Notes under the pieces: model-generated | What the model saw: the letters and a program-made list of their open reading frames with translations, nothing else | The model's database searches: none | Told to the model about the DNA's origin: nothing | Made by a program: the position numbers and the translations under genes | DNA from: Lama glama | Lineage: Eukaryota | Assembly: GCA_028534125.1 (NCBI GenBank) | Contig: CM052816.1 | Location: 16,804,001-16,868,000 of the forward strand | Length of the DNA: 64,000 nt | Reading direction: 5' to 3' | Shown here: in pieces, positions 54,790 to 64,000 of the stretch | How positions within the stretch are numbered: the first letter of the stretch is position 1 | How the letters are laid out: every line of letters starts with the position of its first letter

Positions 54790-55430
54790 AGCGAAGCTGG
54801 CAGGCGACAGCAGGTGGGCAGGTCAGGGTGGAGCACGCTTTCGCGCCCAAGCCCAGGCTGCTCCTGAGCGCGCGCCCTCTCTCGCCCCCTCCCCCGCCGC
54901 TGTCGCCGTCCAGTAGAAGACGCGGCGTGGTGCGTCCGTCCGCTTCGGAGTTGGAGGGCGGCGCCCAGGACCCTGGTGGGAGAGTGTCGGCGCCGCGCGC
55001 CCGAGGAGGGGCAGGAGGCAGCGGTGGGAGGCGCAGGCTGAGGAGCCCCTCTCAGAGCTCCAGCGCGAGGTGCCAGAGAAGCGCCCCGGACACCCGGCGT
55101 GCGCCCCCCGCCATGGTGCGCCCCCGAAGCCCGCGACCGCCGCCGCTGGCGCTCCTGCTGCTGCTGCTGCTGCCGCCGCCGCTGCCGCTGTCGCTCGGAG
55201 CAGGTGAGTGTCGTCTGTGAGTCCGCGGAGACCACTTCAGCGGCTGCCGGGCCGAAGGTGGAGGGGGTGCATGAAGGGGAGCGTGTAGGCGGGGCCCGCG
55301 TACTGCTGCCCTGAGAGGGCTCAGTCCCCACACCGCTGCCTGGGGCCGGGCGACGGTCTGTCCGAGACGAGGGAACTAGAGGAGGAAGACCAGAGTGCCA
55401 CAAAGAGGCCGGGTTTCACGCCTAGTCCCG
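54790..55430 (+). promoter_or_regulatory. GFRA3: CpG island / GFRA3 promoter
   Basis: CpG-rich segment around exon 1. Confidence 0.8.
55113..55203 (+). CDS. GFRA3: GDNF family receptor alpha-3 exon 1 (signal peptide)
   Basis: gccATGG Kozak context; MVRPRSPRPPPLALLLLLLLPPPLPLSLGA(G); CAG|gtgagt donor; 91 nt. Confidence 0.93.
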
Positions 55431-57704
55431 TGTCTGAACCTGTAGACTGAGTGCCAGACATGGCCAGGGCACCCAAGCATCCCTTCATTCCCGGTTCCCC
55501 CACTTCCCTCTTTTGAGGTGCATCTACACAGCCACAGAACAACTCGCATCCAGGCAACTACCAAGACAGTATCTCTAGGAGGCTGGGAGAATCAGAAGCA
55601 GGACTGCCGTTGCTTCACAGGGGCTTCACCTCTTCACTACCTGTAAGGACTGGGAAGGGGGCACTAGGTACGCATGAAGATAGAGAAGTTTTTGTTAAAA
55701 CTGACTTGTCACAAATTAGGGTTGAAAACTGCTGCCCAGAACTTAGCAATATCATTATTTAGTTGTGTTGTTGAGAATATTGCTCACCATCAACAAACCC
55801 CACTCTTTAGGATCTATTCTATTATTATTTTAATTGGAGCAAAAAGTCGTTATTGAGCAAGATAGCCTTTCTAGAACCACAAGCTTCTCAGCATAGTGCC
55901 TTGCCCTGTTACAGATCCACAACAGCTGTTTTGTGGAACATAGTTCAAGCCTGGTTTTAGAAGTATGCCATTCCCCCAAGGAACATGCCTTTGCGGGTGG
56001 GATTGGTACATGAAATATCATTGTAGGGCTCCTGTCCAGAGCCTGACTGGAGTGAGTCCTGAGGCAGAGACCATCAATCTACATGTGAGCTCAGTCCACA
56101 AGGTAGTAGTACTGCAGAAATGCAGTCCTGGCTGAGAGACAGATATGAAAGGAAAGTGAGAAAGGACTGGTCGGTCCAGACTGGCTTCATCAGTAAATCA
56201 GGGCAGCAATACATCACTGATCTGATTTGACTGCCTAGGAAATTTCACTAACCCTAACAGTATGGTTGCATGTCAGGACTAGGGGTAAACTTTAAACACC
56301 TTCCTCATAACCGGTTTAAAGGAACAAGTTCTACCCTATTATGATGAAATTTAACATGACACCCACCTTCTTTTGTTGAGCTGCAGTGCCCCTAATCTAC
56401 CACTGTTCGCTCCAACTTGGTGAACTATCAGCTAAGAAATTAGAGAGGTTTCCTTTCGAAAAGGATTATGACTCAGTATTTAGTCCAGTTAAAGCAGTGA
56501 GACTCGGACCCGCTACATTTCTTTCAGCAAGCACTTTATTGGGTACCTAACAGCAGTAACATCTTAAACATTTAGCATTTCTCAAACTGTTTAAGTCCAT
56601 GTACCCTTTTTGGTAAAGATAAAAACCTCATGCTTTCCCTGAGTAACATTTGAAATTTCAGAAAAAATTTTTTCATCTTCTACATATAAAATTGTCATAT
56701 ATGCTTTTTTGAACCACATATTCCCTTAGAAATTCTGATATACCCCCAAAAAGGGCCTATACTCTCTCTTCCCCATCCCTTGCAATGAGAAACTCTGGTT
56801 TAATCCAATCCCTTCATCTTACATTTGGAAAAATAAGGTCCAGAATGTGAAGTAAATTGTCTTAGGTTGGGCTGGGACTAAGGTGAGATGAGTAAAGTGT
56901 TGGGGGAAGGGGGGGGTCCCAAGAAACTCAGCAGTTAATAAAGAATATTTTAATGAAATACTTTTAAAAATCAAAATTAATGCCAAAGAATCCATGGTGA
57001 ACAGAATATGAAAGTTTTTAAGTAAAAGGATAACTATGTCATGCTGAGGCATATTGGAGCCTGAAGCAAAGGGAGAAAACAGTACTACTAATCTTGTCTT
57101 TGTTTACACATTGGATATGGCATCAATCTTCAAACTTCAGAGTGCCTCTCCAGTGATTCCCAGGCTTTATCACCAGAGATTCTGATTTCGGTAGTTTGGG
57201 GCTGGGGCTCAGAAGTCTACATTTTAAAGACTCTGAAGAGGGAGAGAGAGAGGGACCTGGAACTCTTTGATTGTAAGTAGAGGGAAGGGGCCCAGAAGAA
57301 GTGATAGTGGTGGCTCACAGAATGCCTCTGTTATCTGGTTGTTTTTTAAATGTTAGTAGGAGCTTACAAAGAATAAGCACTAGGTACTGGCAAAAGAGTA
57401 TTGGTAAGATAGCCACCAAGTCTAGCTGGAGAGATAAAAAAAATCAAGTTAAAAAAAAAATCAAGTAGTGATAAGTGCTATGCAGAGAATTGGAGTAACA
57501 ATGTGTTAGAGTACCTGGGGGCTATTTTACATTTGTTGGCTGGGGATGGCCTTTCTAAGATGACATTTAAGCTGTGAACTGAATTACCAAAAGGGGCCAG
57601 CCACGTGAAAATCAGGCGAAAGAGCATTCCAGGCAGAAAGGCTAGGGCAAAAACCCTAAGGCGAACACAAGCTTGTCTATTCAATGGCAACCAAAACGAA
57701 GGCC

Positions 57705-57846
57705 GGGGAGAGGGTATGGCTCAAGTGGTAGAGTGCACGCTTAGTGTGTACAAAGTGCTGGGTTCAATCCCCAGTACAGCCTCCAAAAATGAGCCTAATT
57801 ACCTCCTCCACAAAAAAAAAAAACAAGTTAAAAAAAAAAAAAGAAA
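57705..57846 (+). mobile_element. tRNA-derived SINE (Vic-1-like)
   Basis: Same family; A-rich tail; flanking gaaggcc direct repeat. Confidence 0.82.
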
Positions 57847-58387
57847 AGAAAGAAGGCCAGTGCAGATGGAGGGAAGTGGGAGAGGAAGAGAGAACCAGGA
57901 GGTAAGGTTAGAGAGGTGGGCAGGGACCAAGTCTTTACAAGCCTTTGTAACCAGGGCACATAAACTGTATCTTAACCTAAGTGCAGTATAAGTTGTTGGA
58001 GGGACTAAAGCAGAGACATGAGATGATATGATTTATAATTCTTAAGAGGTGATCCCATATAATGTTAATCAGCATTAGAATTATGTTAGATTCACAATGA
58101 AACGCTATAAAGCAATGAAAATAAGCTTTACAACTATACTTAACAGTGTGGATATATTTCAGAAACGTTAATATTGAGCAAAAGAAGCAAGACACCAAAA
58201 GCACATGTTGCATGATTGAAAAATAGGCAAAACTAATCTCTCATGCTAGAAATCAAGATATTGTATTGGCTTTGTTGGGAAGATAGTGACTGGCAGAAGG
58301 CTTCTGGGACGCTGATAATGTTCTGGTCCTTTATCTGGGGTCTGGTTACACATATATATATAATTTGAAATTCGTTGAACTTAACAT

Positions 58388-58572
58388 TTTTTTAATTGAA
58401 GTACAGTCAGTTTACAATGTGTCAATTTCTGGTGTACAGCATAATGTTTCAGTCACACATATGCACACATACACTCGTTTTCATATTCTTTTCCATTATA
58501 GATTACTACAAGATGTTGAATATAGTTCGCTGTGCTACACAGAAGAAATTTTTTAAAATTTATTTTATATAT
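58388..58572 (-). mobile_element. Short young L1 3' end inserted in an older L1 fragment
   Basis: Same family as 38554 and 49453 copies; gttgaact flanks both sides. Confidence 0.72.
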
Positions 58573-58649
58573 GGTTGAACTATGTATTTTTGATTCATGT
58601 ATTTTTCTATATGTTATATTTCAGTTAATTTATTATCAAACATGATATA

Positions 58650-59860
58650 TAAATGACTAAAAATACATGAAAATATGCTCAATACCTTTAGTTATTAGGG
58701 AAATGCAAATGAAAACCACAATGAGATACCACTTCACACCCAAGAGGATGGCTATAGAAACAGAGCAAAAAACAGAAATCATGAGTTGGCAAGTGTGTAG
58801 AGATATTGGAGCCCTCGTGCATTGCTAGTAGGAATGTAAAATGGTGCAGCCATGGTGAAAAACAGTTTGATGGTTCATCATAAAGTTAAATATAGAATTA
58901 CCATATGACCTAGCAATTCCACTCCTAGGTATATACCCCAGAGAGATGAATATAGGTATTCAAGCAAATACTTGTACATGAATGTTCCCAATAGCACTAT
59001 TCACAATAACCAAAAGGTGCAAACAACCCAAATGTCCATCAACTAATGTATAGATCAATAAAATATGGTATGTATAGCCATACAATGAAATATTATTCAT
59101 AAGAAAGAATGAAGTACTGATATATGCTACAATGTGTTTGAACGTCGAAAACAGTATGTTAGGTGAAAGAAACCAAATGCAAGAGTGTATATTTTATGGT
59201 TTCATCTACATGAAATATCTAGAATAGGTAAATCTGCAGACACAGAAAGCAGACTAGTAGTTGCCAGAGTCTAGGGGGAAGGGAGAATGGAGAGTGACTG
59301 TTTAATTGGTATGGGATTCCTATTGGAGTGATGAAAATGTATTGGCATTAGACAGAAGTGATGGTTGTACAACATTGTGAATGTACTAAATGCCATATAA
59401 TTGTATCCTTTAAGATGGTTAATTTTATGTTGCATATATTTTTTTCTTTTTAAAATAATTAAAGTATGTACCTTTTGACTGCTTTCATCCAGTTCTCCCT
59501 CCCCCTCCCCCCTGCCTCTGGTAACCACCTTTTCCTATGAGTTTGTTTGCTTGTTTTTGAAGTATAATTGATTTACAGTATTATGTTCCTGGTGTACAAC
59601 ATAGTGATTTGCTATTTCCATACATTTCAAAACGATCACCAGGTGTGAATTTTACCTCAATAAAAATGTTTTCCAACCTAAAAAACTTTTCTTAAAAAAA
59701 GATAGATGTAACAACTAAAAAATGGTAATTATGTGAAATGAAGTTAACTAGTCTTACTATAGTAACATTTTATAATATATACATGTATCAAATCATCACA
59801 TTGTACACTTAAAACTTAAACAATGTTACGTGTCAGTTATATCTCAATAAAGCTGGAAAA
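58650..59860 (+). mobile_element. L1 3' fragments with an inverted L1 piece at ~59440-59640
   Basis: agggaaatgcaaatgaaaaccacaatgagataccacttcacacc..ccatatgacctagcaattccactcctagg..tatatctcaataaagctg. Confidence 0.82.
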
Positions 59861-60087
59861 CAAAAGATGACTGAATGGTATGGAAGAATGAATTTGGAAG
59901 ATGGAATCAGGGAGACCAATAAGGAGTCTTGGCTAGTTCAGACAAAAGTTAATGGTAGCTTAAGCTAAGGAGGTGGTGATGGATGTGTAGAGAAGTGGAC
60001 AGATTCCAGATATGCAGTGTAGTTGACAGGACTTGTTGGATTGAACATAGGATGTGAATGAAAGAGAAGAATTAAGAATAACCCCTA

Positions 60088-60245
60088 AGAGGGGAGAGTA
60101 TAGCTCAAGAGGTAGAGCATACGCTTAGCATGCAAGAGGTCCTGGGCTCAGTCCCCAGTACCTTCTCTAAAAATAAATAAACCTAATTCCCTTCCCCGCC
60201 CAAAATAACCAACACAATAATAAATAAGTAAAATATTTTTTAAAT
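60088..60245 (+). mobile_element. tRNA-derived SINE (Vic-1-like)
   Basis: Same family head and acctaatt tail. Confidence 0.8.
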
Positions 60246-60861
60246 AATGAATGACTCCTAGACTTTCTGCCTAGAAAAACCGTTACCCCTTGATAGGAAT
60301 CCTAAGTCCTAGGATGCAGGGCCTTTCTCCAGGGCTGAGCTATAACCAACCTTGATTTCCCTGAGTAAGTGAAAGAAGCAACAAACACTCCCCACCCCAA
60401 CCCCAACTAGTTTCCACTGTAAGGTGTCTTTAAGTGCCTTTTAGTAGAAGACTCAGAGTTGTTGCTGACCATCATTTAGCACCCCCTGTGCACATTCTCA
60501 GCTCTGGTTATGATGCTAGCCCTGCCCATGGCATAGCTCTGCTCAGGCCTTCTTGCCTGTGCCTGACAGAGTCATCAGGCTCAGCTTCAAACAACTTTCT
60601 CCTTCCCCCTCCCAGGAGGCTAAGCAGCCTCTCTCACCTCTTCTTGAGCCTGATCTGTTCTGTCCAGATTGTGACAGCTGCAGACTCCTCCCTCCTGCTG
60701 GACTTCTTTCTCCCCACTTCTTCCTAAAGGCCTTTGTGCTACCCTAAGCCTTTCCTGCTAAAGAGTTCATTCAGAACCCCTCTCCCTGCCTTATGACTTG
60801 GTACTCCCAGACAGCTACTCTGACCTTATGTGAGCCTCATCTGGTCCCTCTCCCTCCACAG

Positions 60862-61152
60862 GGGACCCTCTCCCCACAGAAGGCCGGCTCATGAACAGCT
60901 GCATCCAGGCCAGGAGGAAGTGCAAGGCCGATCCCATCTGCAATGCTACTTACCACTACCTGAATTCCTGTGCCTCTAGTACAAGCATCCCATCACCTTC
61001 TGAAGAGGAGCCTTCAATATCTGAAGATTGTATGGAGGCAGCACAGCAACTTAGGAATAGCTCTCTAATGAGGTGTACCTGCCACCGGCGCATGAAGAAC
61101 CAAGCCTCCTGCCTGGACATCTACTGGACTCTTCACCCTGCCCGCAGCATTG
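60862..61152 (+). CDS. GFRA3: GFRA3 exon 2 (first Cys-rich GDNF-receptor domain); gene continues beyond the window
   Basis: DPLPTEGRLMNSCIQARRKCKADPICNATYHYLNSC...CTCHRRMKNQASCLDIYWTLHPARSI(G); ccacag acceptor, gtgagg donor. Confidence 0.96.
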
Positions 61153-61654
61153 GTGAGGCCCCATCCTAGAGTGGGCTAAGATGGCTGTTGGGGGTTATAT
61201 TTAAATTCCGTTGGATCTGGGCCACATAGATTTTTTTTTATAGGGATGATAATGAAACTCTGCATTTGACATCAGTAAGAAGTAGAAGGAGGAATTGACA
61301 GTATCCTTTTGGGCCCCCACAGCAGTGCCCTCCCTTCTTGCTACTTTCCCCTTTCTTACCTGGCAATGTGTAGCTGCCTTTTGGCAGAGCTCTGAACCAG
61401 GCTGAGGCCCAACCTGGTGAGCTCTTGAAACAGAAGAGTATAGAGAGCAAGCAAATGGAGGGAAATGGTCTTAACCCATAAACAGGCTGCAAATACAACA
61501 TAATCCATAAGTTCAGAGAAACTGGGAGGCAATGTCCTGGTCCAGCCTTTAATGGAGAGGGTACTCATTAACCAGACAGGAGATGATAAGAGAGAGAAGG
61601 CACTGGAAGAGCCAAAAAGAGGAGTTTCCTCTGACTCTAGAGATCCCTTTCTGG

Positions 61655-63790
61655 ACGAGTCAGGTTTTACTAGACTATGCTGCAATGACAAAACAGGGAC
61701 TTGTAAAACAAAGGTCAAGTTCTTGCTGATGTTCCATCTTGGCTGTGTCATGTGTCCTCTTCATTCTGGGATCCGGTGCAGCCTCTACCTGGGATGTTCC
61801 TTTCTCATGGCAGAGGGAAATAAGCAATGGCAGAACCATGTGGTGCCTCTAATTGCTTCTGCTCAGATGTTACATAAAATACTTCTGCTCACATTCCATT
61901 GACAAAGCAAATTGCATGACATCAGTAGGAAGGAGAAGTATACTCCTCTCACAGAACACACTGAAAATCACATGGTCATAAATGAGGATGTGTACTTTTA
62001 CAGAGAAGCCAAAATGATTGGAAACAATAATGCAATCTACCATAGTCCATCTCTTGGTCAAAACATTCATTTTCCTCCCTTCCACAAGCAAAATATACCA
62101 ACCCACTTTCTAAGGAAGGTGCCCTAAGAGTTCTGTCCAAGCAGGACATCGGGCTCCAAGTCTAGGATCTTGTGATAATTTCTGTATCGGGTCTGGATGT
62201 GGTTCCTCTTAATCTGGAAGCCTGTCGACTGAAAAGTCACCTACATCCCATCTGTACTTAATATACAGTAATGAAACAGGGACAGGAGAAGCACAGCAAA
62301 CTCTCTCAGTTAGAAAGGGGAGTAATTGGAGGCACACAGCATTGATTCATAGCAGTTCTGAAGTCCTGCTACATGAATCCTCCCTGGGAGTAGGGATTAC
62401 TCTCTAATAAGGACCTGCTTTTGCTCCACTGGGGAGCAAAAAGCCCAGGAGCTTACCAGCCCCTTGGGATGTCCTTTCTTTTCCATTATTTTCTTGGGCT
62501 ACATCTGAAAGGGGCACTGGAAATAACAACCTCCTTAGGGACTGAGTAGCATTCTCAGCTTGCTTCCTACCTGAGGAATGTTGGAGCATCTTAAGTCTCA
62601 AATAGTCAGAAGCTCTTTTAATCCAGGCTGGTGGCTGCTAGCAATACAACTCTCTCAAAACATAATTGCTTTTTATACCTTTGACTGTCACCTCATGTGC
62701 CAGTAGCCTTTCCTATAATCCCTTCCAAGACATGCGTCTCTTTCGAGACCTAATTAAAAGTACCTTACCCTTATCAGGGTTCTGCGAGAGAGCCACTATC
62801 TTAGTCTTTTTCCCTAAGCACATTTATCCAACTGGCAGGATTTATTGGATACCATTTTAATCAATAAGAGATCTCCACAAAGGGCATGATACCACAAACT
62901 TGAATTGGTCTTTACCCCCAAGGCTGAATTGTAATCAACCTTATTACTCAAAGCATTTTTCAGTTTTCTCTTTTACCATTTGAATATGAGAAGCAATTGC
63001 ATCTCTAGGACCCTGCAAGTCCTAGAATTTCTATATTTCTCTTTTATGTTTCCTCCCTATTGTAAACTCGTCAGTTCTTCTCTGAGCTTGCTTCTTTCTT
63101 GTAGCACCTTGCCAAATGTAGCCATCAGCAGTCAAGACATACTAGTAATCTTCAGCTTCTTGCTTTCTTCCCTTTAAGGTATAAGCTCACTCAGTACATC
63201 ACCTTCCTTCCAAATTACTGCAGACAACAATTTTACCAAATGCTTTGCCACTGCATAATGAGGGCTGCCATCTTCCCAGCCCCCAGTAACAGTTTATTCA
63301 CCACCCACTGCCCAATCCCAAAGCCAAATACCATTTATTTTAGATCTTCATTTGTTACTTCAGCACTCCATTTCTAGATACCAATTACATTTTTGGTAAG
63401 AATTTGCTAAGTTATGGTGTAGTAACAACCAACCCCCGAATCTCTGGCTTTCAACAACAAAAGATGTATCTTTTGTTCATATTACACATCTGCTGCAGGC
63501 TTCCCTGAGTTAGCTTTGTATTTGCGCCACTGTCTTCTTCAGAGCCAGGATAGTAGAGGGAAAAGGGCTGCAGCAGGACCATGTGATGGTTCTGAAAGCT
63601 TCTGTTCAGTTATGATTTGCATCTCTTCAGCTCACAACTCACAGGCCAAAGCAAGTCACATGGCCAGGCCTTGCAGTTGGGTGGAAAAGTAGAGTCTTCT
63701 CACAGGGGGCCCGAAAATCACATGGCAACTGACGGGGATGTATAACCCTCCCACAGCAAGCAACTGGAAACACTAATAGAGTTCACCATA
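61655..63790 (-). mobile_element. MaLR (MLT1-type) element, LTR-internal-LTR
   Basis: Two diverged ~390-bp direct repeats (~61655-62044 and ~63392-63790) sharing accatgtg, gcttctg, gctcaca, caaagcaa, gaaaatcacatgg, ggatgt and terminal accata, around a ~1.35 kb interior. Confidence 0.7.
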
Positions 63791-64000
63791 CTCTTTGTTC
63801 CCTGCTTCCCACACCTCATCCTAATACCTCTCTTTCAGAACTTCCTGTGAGACATCTCCCTGAATCCACTTGTCTCCCCCCTCCTTTTCCCTTGGGAGCT
63901 CCCAGGTTTTCCCAAGTATCCAAACCATCCTTTCCTGTTTGCTTGATATCATCCATATCCCTTCCCTCCTAAACATACATTCACAAAGGCCCATTGGGTG

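Noticed and set aside
54786..55403. 205-aa minus-strand ORF with a poly-Q run
   Set aside because: Antisense reading of the GFRA3 CpG island and CTG leucine codons

Overview
Mammalian genomic DNA, probably a camelid (five copies of a tRNA-derived SINE resembling Vic-1), syntenic with the KDM3B-FAM53C-CDC25C-GFRA3 block. Left to right: KDM3B exon 1 (minus; gene runs off the left edge); complete FAM53C (minus, 4 coding exons, 392 aa); a spliced minus-strand gene invisible in the ORF track encoding a histone-mRNA stem-loop-binding protein paralogue (SLBP2-like, 5 coding exons, ~183 aa, C-terminus uncertain), with a TPT1 processed pseudogene in one intron; complete CDC25C (plus, 14 coding exons including a 99-nt exon not in the canonical human protein as I recall it, 509 aa), head-to-head with the SLBP2-like gene; an RPL12 processed pseudogene; and GFRA3 exons 1-2 (plus; gene runs off the right edge). 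The rest is intronic or intergenic, with L1, SINE, DNA-transposon and MaLR remnants. Gene identities come from manual translation and recalled protein sequences; no database search was run, and repeat boundaries and subfamily names are approximate.
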